Positions 23,279 to 33,303 of a stretch of DNA of 33,303 nt are shown in pieces. The stretch is taken from positions 1 to 33,303 of the forward strand of contig NW_021832061.1 in assembly GCF_006345805.1 (NCBI RefSeq), in the 5' to 3' direction. The position numbers and the translations under genes were made by a program. The notes under the pieces were generated by a model. That model worked only from the letters and a program-made list of their open reading frames with translations, was not told the origin of the DNA and did not search any database. The stretch is from Octopus sinensis (Eukaryota). Numbering within the stretch: position 1 is the stretch's first letter; the number at the start of each line of letters is the position of its first letter.

Positions 23279-23596
23279 TTAGTTGACATAAATTCTGTTG
23301 GAATTGACTTCAGAGACAATAACCTTGTTATTAATATTTCTAGTGGGGGGATGAATGGCATTAGCTAAATTAATGTTAGTATTAGTAAATGTATTCTTAT
23401 TTAACAGGCTAATACTATGTGAGGAGATAATTTGTAAGAGCTTTTTTGTGTTGGAAAAACCAATCCTAACCGTGTGCGAGTTGATAATAGAGTAATACCT
23501 AAAATTCTTTGAAAAATTCCTAATAATAGCTTCCCGAAACTGCAAAGGAAGATTAGATTTAATTTTCTTCCCATAAGAAATAATCAACCAAATAGT
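23279..23596 (-). mobile_element. Penelope-like element ORF remnant (RT thumb / linker before GIY-YIG)
   Basis: TIWLIISYGKKIKSNLPLQFREAIIRNFSKNFRYYSIINSHTVRIGFSNTKKLLQIISSHSISLLNK aligns by eye to the recalled Penelope pattern IWFNPPySKnvKTNiG..F..lid.hFp..h.lhkIfNrnTVkvsyScm.n...IISSHN.klL. Confidence 0.65.
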
Positions 23597-23793
23597 TTAC
23601 CAATTAGTTACCATATTTTTAGTGTAACTATCTTTAAATGATATCGATTTACCTTTAGAGTGAAAAAAGGGGTTCAAATAAGGGTTTGTTACCCTAGTAA
23701 CTATTTATCCATTTTTTCCGTGTTAATTGTAAACAAGGGAAAAATAAACATATCTATTTATATATATAAACGTATATCTATATATATATATAT

Positions 23794-23858
23794 ACGTTTA
23801 TATAATTGTTGTGCAAGATTTATTGGCTAAACTGGCAAAATGACCATTCCGAAATATA
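23794..23858. mobile_element. Short repeat with internal inversion junction, related to 31381-31500
   Basis: acgttta..ttgttgtgcaagatt is joined to tattggctaaactggcaaaatgaccattccgaaatata; both parts recur at 31381-31500. Confidence 0.75.
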
Positions 23859-23977
23859 AGAATATATATATATATAATATATATATATAATATATATACA
23901 TATGTAAACATACATATGTATATATATGCATATATATTTCTATATATAACATGGATAGATTGAAAGGAAAACAGACA

Positions 23978-23978
23978 A

Positions 23979-24070
<92 letters not shown>
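23978..24070. repeat. (GATA)n microsatellite
   Basis: Direct reading. Confidence 0.98.
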
Positions 24071-24356
24071 TGTGACAGGTAGACAGGCCGAAAAATAGAC
24101 AGAGAGAGATAGACAAACTGCTTTATAAACATGGAAGCGTATACATCTACGTTTGTGTACTTGTATTCAGTTGCATATATCGACAATATTTACAATATTA
24201 TTCTCATATTTGTAGTTTTTTACTTGTGTCATTCCAAACTACATCGATCAAATCCACAATTTCTAGGCTATTTTGTCTCCCTCTCATTTTCTCTCTCTGT
24301 GTTCTTTCTCATATACTCTCACTCCCTCTCTCTTTCTCTCGCTATCTATCTATCTA

Positions 24357-24408
<52 letters not shown>

Positions 24409-25742
24409 AGCTATACGTATTGATATTTTAATGTATGCTAAGGTCGCTAACCCTAATAACGAACACTACTAATATAGTTTTAAAGAACTACTATTGGTAT
24501 ATCCCTTAGTGGCGCTTGAATGCTCACGTAAGTTATACCTGATCTCTACAAACTGACATTTCACTGATAGTATATTGCAGTAGATTAAACAGTAGTGTGA
24601 CATATATGTGTTCCTCTCAACTGCTCAAAGTCATATGTATGTTGTTAATAGACCAAGTGAAATTACTGTGAAGATAATGTTGAGAAAAATATTGATTGAC
24701 AACGTAAACTGTGGCGAGGTTTATGTGCATAGCTTTGTGAACAACCTGTATGCCAACGAACTGACGAGCCAACAAACCAATATAGAATCTATGTTGTTTG
24801 CTCGCCAGATTTGAAATAGCAAAACTGTAAGCCTGATATTGGTGTTACTATTGTTAATAATAATTCAATTGAGGAAGAGATGTGTGCGTTTGTTTATTTC
24901 TAACCTGTCTAATGTCCAATGCAGTTTGTACCAAAGTGGGTCTTTTTCGCATTCACACTTTTAAGGACAAATTCGTTATTTTAATAAAGACATGAAAATT
25001 CTTTGAGGAAGGCTAGGAATAATGAATAATGCAAAACTGTTGTATTACAAGGATCAAAGAAGATGATAAACTTTTATGTTAATTGTGGTGCCAATGCTTC
25101 AACAATGCTAGCAACAGATTCTCTTTAAAACCTTACCAACGATATAATCTGCTGAAATAAAAAAAGAAAAAGTTTCATGGTTTAGATAAGTTTTATCAGA
25201 CATGATTTCGTTATTATACAAATTGGTAATTTATATTTGGAAGTGATATATCTCAACTCAAATCCGTATATGATATATTCATGCTATGCATAAAGAAATT
25301 TGCTACAAAGTACAGGTTAAAATGTCGATAAAATATCAATTCTTCAAACAATTTATTACAGTAGATAAATATTGAAGCTAAGTCTGAGATCTTACGAAAC
25401 AAAATTAAAGAAAAATGTTCAGGAAACATTTTCATAAATTATGAAACATAATTAAATGATTATTTTGAAAAAATAGTCTAATATTTCTCTTAGAAATTGG
25501 GTTGAAATCCATATTAAATCAATACAAAAGCATTGCAACTTCAATCCTCAGTTTACAGAGACCAAGTTGAGATTCTAGCTCAAACCATGACAATATCCTG
25601 GATGATAACTTGTTTTATGAGAGTACTATTTTGAGTAGAAATGTTTTCATATTCTGTGTTGCCATATATTCATTTAATCTGAGAGACTCTTTCCAAACAT
25701 TCTTAGACGAAAGAGAGAGGCTTTGCATTTATTACTATAGAT

Positions 25743-25961
25743 CAGTGATTTTCAACCAGGTTTCGCCGGAACCTTAGGGTTCCGCCAGTACAGTCCAGGG
25801 GTTCCGCAAGAAGTTACAAAACTGCTAAAATCGGCAGTAATTTTTAATTCTCCTGTGCAGATATGTGTGCATAAGACTATTAAATTATTGCACAGGGGTT
25901 CCTCGAGCCAGTGGAATGTTTCCTTGGGGTTCCGCTCCAGCAAAAATGTTGAAAAGTACTG
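25743..25961. mobile_element. hAT-type non-autonomous element (MITE), 219 bp
   Basis: TIRs CAGTGATTTTCAAC / GTTGAAAAGTACTG (12/14 match); perfect 8-bp TSD CTATAGAT at 25735-25742 and 25962-25969. Confidence 0.9.
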
Positions 25962-27438
25962 CTATAGATGAACGTGTGTTTCTGCTCTTTCTTGTATCGA
26001 AATGTGTATACGCTTTTACAGATTTGTCTTGATATTTGTGATACATTTCTTCAGCCCAATATCTTCATATTTGGCTTATAGTGTCAGTAATGTAAGGGTC
26101 ATTTACTCTAGTCTTTACAGTAAGAAACAAATTCCTTAGGAGACAAGACTACGAGGCAAATCATATTCTTATTAAGAAACTATTTCAGTTGAAAAATACA
26201 TGAAGGCCACAGACATCACACGTGCAATCAATATTTTCAATATAGACTATGTTTTCAGTTTCTAGCTTTCTACCTTCAACAGTTGGTCGTCTTTAAAATC
26301 TGCTACTGTCCTACAATTGCTCTCACTCTACTCTTCAATTACTCTTACTCGCCAACGTTCTTTTCTCTTTAATTTCTTTCTTATTTCTCTCTTTTTATCT
26401 TTCCTATGTTCTTATCGCTTTCTTCGCACTTCGTTTTTCTCCTTGTCTTCATCTACTTTAGACCAACCCTCATCTTTCTGTCTATGTATCACCTCTCGAC
26501 TGTGTCACTTTTGTTACGTTATGTCATATTTTTATTGAAAATTCGATGACATTACGATTAGAACGATTGTCAGCATTTTATATCTTCTAAAAATAAAAAT
26601 GTTGTCTCGTCAGCTTTTACGAAATTTTTTCCTCTGCTACTGTTTCATTATAGAAATCAAGGACAGATATTTGTCATAACACTCCATCTTTATGTAACTG
26701 CAGCTGAACATTTGATCAGTTTTCAGTTTTCTATTTCGACATTTTCTTTTTTGGCAAGATTTCAAAAAGAACTTTAAGTTTTGCCTGATGCAGTAAGTAA
26801 TGCATCATTGAGATTTCGATGATAATCTATCAAATGTTGTGTAATTTAGTCAAACCTGTTTGTGACTGCGTCTAGATTTTAACGCTCTTTATTTGAACTT
26901 CTTAAAGATTAGTATAAAAGTATAAGAGATGTAGACTTATTATTGTTTCCGCGCATTCAAATAAAATCACAAACCTTACGTTATGGGCTGAGGTGAGTGA
27001 ATCGTCCCTTGTAGAAGCTTGCTTCTTTTTATATATTATTTCCCCTAAATACATGAAATTGAAGAATTACTCAGTGAAATGTGGACCGCAGAAATTTTTG
27101 CGACTAAACAAAATACTGTGAAGTGTTTAACTCAGCAGCGTCCCATACGTGCCGTTCCAATTTATTTTGTTTCGCCTTAATGTAAACAGAAGCTTTCAAG
27201 AAAGTCACAAGCTAAAACGGTTAAGACCCAAACTGTTTTGTAGTATGTACTTATACATTTTTTATTTCTGTTCTCGGTTCAGTTGCCTCTGGGGGCGGTT
27301 TTGCTCTTCATTATTCCGAGTTTGGCCCCATGCCAAAATTATTCCGGGGTCATGCATTGCCGTAAATTAACTTAACTTTGCTTTTCCCGATTAATGAGTT
27401 CATTTTGTAGTATAGTTGTAGATATTTAGTATCGTCAA

Positions 27439-27841
27439 GGCGGCGAGCTGTCAGTATCGTTAGCACGCCGGGCGAAATGCTTAGCGGTATTTCGTCTGCT
27501 GTAATGTCCTGAGTTCAAATTCCGCCGAGGTTGACTTTGCCTTTCATCCTTTCGGGGTCGATTAAATAAGTACCAGTTACGCACTGGGGTCGATATAATC
27601 GACTTAATCCGTTTGTCTATCCTTGTTTGTCCTCTCTGTGTTTAGCCCCTTGTGGGTAGTAAAGAAATAGGTATTTCATCTGCTGTAAGGTTCTGAGTTC
27701 GATTTCCGCCGAGGTCGACTTTGCCTTTCATCCTTTCACAGTCGAAAAAATAAGTACCAGTTACGCACTGGGGTCGATGTAATCGACTTAATTCCTGCCC
27801 CCCCCCCGAATTTGAGGCCTTGTGCTTCCAGTAGAAAGGAT
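27439..27841 (+). mobile_element. SINE family A: full unit (27439-27669) plus tandem partial unit (27670-27841)
   Basis: The second unit restarts at ggtatttc and repeats ttctgagttc..gactttgcctttcatcc..aagtaccagttacgcactggggtcgat. Confidence 0.95.
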
Positions 27842-29049
27842 ATTTAACATCGTGAAAGTACGAGAGAGTGGGTGAGTGCCGTTAAAGGTTGATTACTCAA
27901 CTAAATGCCTACATTTAGGTACATCTCTTTAAGTCCTGGTTTCAAACCCCGTCAAATTTAATCATGACACACATATATTCTGATACGTATTCTAAAATAA
28001 GTACCATTCGAGTAGTGGACCTGGGGCTGGGCATATAACTACCTTTCTCCGTTAAAGTCTGAAGTTATGTGACAACATCGATCAGAAATCAACACCAGGC
28101 ATAGGGGCATCTAAAATTCATCAGTATTGTGTCTTCAGCTCAAAGTAAATACCGACATAATTTGTTCTCTCCACCCTTGGTTTGTCGGTGTCATAAGTAC
28201 CAGTCATGTATTAGGGTTGATTCAATTATTAATAATGTGTAACCTTGTACCAATCTTTATTGAATATTTTATGTCACTTTATTTCATGCACTATACCGAC
28301 AGCCAAATACGAGCTGAAAACCGTCACGAACATGTGACATACTTTATGTTTTAACAGATTGTAGGAAATTAAGAAAAGAAAAACACAAGTAGTGCGGGAG
28401 TGGGCGAATAAATTAGAATGATAGTATGAAAAAAAGAGAAAAGGGTCAACTTCATTTCAGATAAAATTCATTTAAAGAAAATAGATTAAATAGAAGACCA
28501 AAATAGCAGATTAATTAAATTTGGAAACATCAAAACAGATGCGAGTAAGATTGAAGAAGATTCAAATTATAAAATAGAATAAAGAAAATAGTTCACTCAT
28601 TCATGAACCTCCAACTAGTATTTTAATCGTTGCTGCTCTATCGTTCTCTTTAGCATTTGCCCGCTTCTTTTCTTCTTTATTTGTGTATTATATACAATTG
28701 TATATGGTTTTCGATCGAGGGGAAGCATAGAAGACAAGAGTTAAAGACGACGGTTTAAGAGAAGCAAAATGGAGATTGTTATTGATGATAATGTCGTCAA
28801 TGTAAAAAAAAAAAAAAAAAAATTCTAAAAGGTGTGGACACAATCAAAAGAGTATCTCTGAGAATTTTGGTATTTCTAGAGGTCCAAGATTATAAAAGTA
28901 GAGGGAAGGACTACTATAAAAAGAAATGTGCAAAATAATCGAATGAACTTGGAAAGAAATAAAAATAGATAACTAGCTACTGAATGTTTTTTATCGATGT
29001 TTATTGTTTGTTTTTTGGTAAAGATTCTTTTCTGAAGTCATATATACAT

Positions 29050-29240
<191 letters not shown>

Positions 29241-29584
29241 TGTGTATTTGAACAAATAAGAAATTCAGTTCATCGTAGCAGTCTTAGAAGAGACGTAAAA
29301 ACCAGCAACATTCGGACAGATGTTTCCCAATGCTCCCCCAAACAATTATTCTTAAAGAAATTTTCATGTCTTTTTTTTTTTTCATTTTCTCTCTTTTTCA
29401 ATTTTTTTTTTTTTTCCTTTAAATACATATTTGTTCACATCACTTCATTTCTACAATAATTACCGACATTCATCGAAACACACACACACTCACACACACA
29501 CATTCACGAACACGTACACAAACACAGTCATACGTTCTTTTGTCATAAGAAAGAGAACATTTCTTTTCAACAATTTTTATTAAT

Positions 29585-29591
29585 ATCATCA

Positions 29592-29662
<71 letters not shown>
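29585..29662. repeat. (ATC)n(ATT)n microsatellite
   Basis: Direct reading. Confidence 0.95.
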
Positions 29663-30439
29663 TCTGCTTTAGTAATCAAGCATTTCGTTCTTAAAGAAAT
29701 AATATATTCTAGCTAAATTTGAAATCTATTTACTTATAATCTTTAAATTGATTGTGAGTGATTGTAAAAGTAACTATAGATAGATGGAGCGTAATCTGAT
29801 ATACTGAGCATCAATTATGTACACATAATAACAGACTCGAAACATATGCATTTTACAAACGAAATTCAATACATGAAAAACAATTTATAGCAACCGCAAA
29901 TGTCTGCTATTGTAAAACAAACGTTTACGACATTATAGTTTGCTGTCGAAAACGTCGAATAGAATAAACCTCACGCTAGTACACTTTATCTCTATTTTCG
30001 CCTGAGCCTTCCGTTCATCTTTTGGCCTAGATCAGCATTGTGATACAAAGTGAAGCTCATATCTCAGGTGTTATATGTAATTTGTAGTTTTGCATCTAGT
30101 AACTGCTGCATTAGCAGTCCCTATATATTAAACAACAATGTCCGTCGTTGTTAATAGTTCGTTATAACACTTTACCGCTGTCCGTAATACCTGAGATGGG
30201 ATTAGTAAGTGGTACAGTTTCCATTAAGCAACGATGGGAATATTTTAGCACGAAAACCGACGTTCTTGGGTGTGATAGCGATATGTTTAAAAACGTAGAC
30301 AGACTGACAGAAAAGGAAGCGTATTGGAGTAAATATTTTGTGGAATGTTTCCTTTAAAATCCAGAGTTTAAATTCCAATACGGCTAGTCTCGCCTCTCAT
30401 CAATCCTAATGTATTAACGTCAGTTCAATGGAGAGTAAG

Positions 30440-30770
30440 CTGCCCCTACAACTCGTGATCTTACACTAGGCACAAAGACACCAGCTCGGCCTTGCTGTTG
30501 CAGGCAAAGCGATTGGTGTCTTTCAGAACCGCACCCCATATATGGGATTGCAATCAAGGGTACTAGGAGGCCAGAAGCGGGGCTGGTGGAGTCGTAGAAA
30601 TTTCCGACAGCCACTTCTGTCTCGTTTTCGATGTATGCCAAAGAGCAGAATCCTACTGCCATAAATATGGCCTTCTAGCAGCAACCCATTCCTGTCTCCA
30701 TTATCTTCACATTGTAGTCTGAATTGAGCTTATGCATTGTTTAAAGGTTTGGGGATGAACTCCAGTGTGC
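30440..30770 (-). pseudogene. Decayed Tc1/mariner (DD37D/maT-like) transposase, catalytic C-terminal part
   Basis: Minus-strand pieces across frameshifts and stops: PQTFKQCI / KLNSDYNVKIMET / WVAARRPYLWQ*DSALWHTSKTRQKWLS / NFYDSTSP / WPPSTLDCNPI / WGAVLKDTNRFACNSKAEL. These match the WQQDSAPxH and WPPxSPDxNPxDYxxWG motifs. Confidence 0.85.
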
Positions 30771-31299
30771 GAATGCAGTCAGAATGCCTATCGTATCCTT
30801 TCTTGCCGGTCATGGCTTCCAAGTGCCCATGTCATGTTAGTTTCTAACGTGTTCACAGAGCATTATGGTTAATCATTATGTCGGCGTTTTTATACTCGGT
30901 GCCAATCATAATGTTACAGTCTTTCATGTCAGCTAACTTTCTCTCAACCACAGCCTTAATATTTATGTTCTCCAATGTCATTGACTGTTTACCAATACAT
31001 CAAGGTGTTTCCGAAAACAGGAGGCATAAACACCGTCTAATTTAGCCCGAAAGCCATACACACACATATGCACACACACGCACGCACACAGACATACACA
31101 TACAAATATATAGAAATATAAGATACAAGGATCGAGGTGTAGGAAGAAAGTTAGCTTTAAGCAATCCGTTGTAAATATGAAAAACATTTTAGGGACAATT
31201 GTGGTTTATTGAGACGCGAGCACACATACATATGATATATGTTTGTTGTTTATGCGAGTTCGATTTTTTACATACCTCGAGCTGGCTGCTTCTAATTCA

Positions 31300-31351
<52 letters not shown>

Positions 31352-31380
31352 TATATATATATATATCTATATATATATAT

Positions 31381-31500
31381 ACGTTTACATATTTGTTGTG
31401 CAAGATTTTTTATGTGAAGTTGTGTGTTGAAACAGATATTGTTATATTTCGGAATGGTCATTTATTGGTTAAACTGGCAAAATGACCATTCCGAAATATA
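31381..31500. mobile_element. Repeat with inversion producing a perfect 21-bp hairpin (31443-31463 / 31480-31500)
   Basis: tatatttcggaatggtcattt-16 nt-aaatgaccattccgaaatata. Confidence 0.85.
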
Positions 31501-31530
31501 TCAATATATATATATGAGTGGCTGTGTATA

Positions 31531-31936
31531 GGCGCAGGAGTGGCTGTGTGGTAAGTAGCTTGCTTACCAACCACATGGTTGCGGGTTCAGTCCCACTGCG
31601 TGGCACATTGGGCAAGTGTCTTCTACTATAGCCTCGGGCCGACCAATGCCTTGTGAGTGGATTTGGTAGACGGAAACTGAAAGAAGCCTGTCGTATATAT
31701 GTATATATGTGTGTATGTGTGTGTGTGTGTGTCTGTGTTTGTCCCCCTAGCATTACTTGACAACCGATGCTGGTGTGTTTATGTCCCCGTCACTTAGCGG
31801 TTCGGCAAAAGAGACCGATAGAATAAGTACTGGACTTACAAAGAATAAGTTCCGGGGTCGAGTTGCTCGATTAAAGGCGGTGCTCCAGCATGGCCGCAGT
31901 CAAGATGACTGAAACAAGTAAAAGAGTAAAGAGAGT
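31531..31936 (+). mobile_element. tRNA-derived SINE family B, full composite copy with internal (TA/TG)n
   Basis: A-box-like TGGCTGTGTGG, B-box-like GGTTCAGTCCC; both halves match the minus-strand pieces at 1551-1686 and 981-1180; simple-repeat tail (aagagt). Confidence 0.95.
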
Positions 31937-32562
31937 ATACCATATACATATACGTCATACGCATATAGGCTATATTGTGCTAAGAGTCTGCCCACGTCTG
32001 TGTCCACGTCACAATTATTCCAACGCGCCATAAGCCGTCTTCCATTACTCGAGCTTCTGTAAGTTACAGGAAAAGAGTATACCAGCGTATTATGCATATT
32101 TGGATAAACTGAATTTCAGGAGGGTTTTTTTCTTAATACCCCAGAATATGAACTCAATCCAATTCTAGATAGCTGCTTTGAGGAAAAAGGTATGGTTGAG
32201 GAAGAAATAATTGCACTGTAAAATTACATTGAGCTGAGACCAATGTTTTTTTTAATCATATAACGATTTTTTGTTATGACAAACCATTTTTGCCGCTGCT
32301 GTGCACTCTGGAATGAAGTCAAGATGTATTTCATTGCTTTTCCAACCATCATAGTTAGTACGCAGAAGCCTGAGCGCAGTAGCCTGTTTATTTTCTATTC
32401 AAGAACATGAACAATATTACTGGACGTAGTTATCTAGATGTTTTTGTTTGTACCTTCCTGCGTGAGGTTGAGAAGCTGGTATCCATGCACTAAGAACATT
32501 CATCTCCATTAACACCATGACGACACTATAGTTATTGATAAGATATATAATTACCCTTTTCC

Positions 32563-32830
32563 GTATTCGTCTGCCGTACGTTCTGGTTCAAATTCCACGA
32601 GGTCGACTAAGGCGGCGAGTGGCAGAAACGTCAGCACGCCGGGCGAAATGCGTGGCCGTATTTCGTCTGCCGTTACGTTCTGAGTTCAAATTCCGCCGAG
32701 GTCCGACTTTGCCTTTCAACCTTTCGGGGTCGATAAATTAAGTACCAGTTGCGCACTGGGTCGATGTAATCGACTTATCCCTTTGTCTGTCTTGTTGTCC
32801 TCTCTGTGTTTAGCCCCTTGTGGGTAGTAA
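32563..32830 (+). mobile_element. SINE family A copy (32611-32830) preceded by a partial duplicate (32563-32608)
   Basis: Matches 27439-27669; the upstream fragment repeats gtattcgtctgccgtacgttctggttcaaattccacgaggtcgact. Confidence 0.9.
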
Positions 32831-33303
32831 TATTAGTAAATAGGTTTATTTCACCAAAGTTGTATTTGTGGAATACAAGTCTTGTTTATAGGGTTATATT
32901 AGCTGTTGCTTTAAATTGACGGTGGACCTAAAACCAAGAAAGAGTTATCTGCTCATTCTATTGGTATGGGGAGACGCTAGGTGTGATCTAAAAATCAATG
33001 GTGGCATCTTGAAAACGTTTAAGAACAAGTTTTAAATCGATGCCGTTAAATGGTTGTGCCTTTGCCAAAACAATTAATGGCAGTGCCATCATGCTCAACG
33101 AATCTCCACATTTCTTCCCAATCTTCATACCTTTAACCCAGACCTTTTGAACCTCTCAGCCGGTTTTATTATTTAGGGTATTTTTCTCTTAATTTTACTC
33201 TAGAATGTTTGGAATTTCAAATGATTCTGTCTTTTGTTTCTAGTTGCTGTGTTTTTTTCTCTCTCTTTTCGGTTTTGTTTTCGTCCATATCTAAACTTCC
33301 GTG

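Noticed and set aside
24761-24820. CTGACGA-GC... as a hammerhead
   Set aside because: GAAA does not follow the putative stem II (gagc/gctc), and there is no stem I/III.
32985-33150. 54-codon open frame on the minus strand (VQKVWVKGMK...QDATIDF*)
   Set aside because: Bounded by stops, no convincing splice sites, no recognisable motif; within chance expectation.

Overview
AT-rich, microsatellite-dense eukaryotic genomic DNA. The interspersed repeats match families I recall from octopus (coleoid cephalopod) genomes; that assignment is recall, not a search. Nearly all ORFs in the supplied track are simple-repeat artefacts. Supportable content: (i) a candidate multi-exon + strand protein-coding gene of unknown family, with three phase-consistent 5' exons (2175-2296, 3527-3610, 7577-7706) and weaker downstream exons; (ii) many tRNA-derived SINE copies of two main families; (iii) a hAT-type MITE with a perfect 8-bp TSD; (iv) a decayed Tc1/mariner (DD37D/maT-like) transposase and a Penelope-like RT/linker remnant; (v) a local 194-bp duplication. 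The most interesting signal is three unrelated repeats that each carry a minimal type-I hammerhead ribozyme motif with a different catalytic-core variant (669-704, 1327-1371, 19646-19691/19970-20015). One pair sits in ~150-bp inverted arms around a tRNA-derived Pol III head, suggesting a Penelope-mobilised, ribozyme-bearing SINE. No CRISPR array, rRNA or intact tRNA gene is evident.
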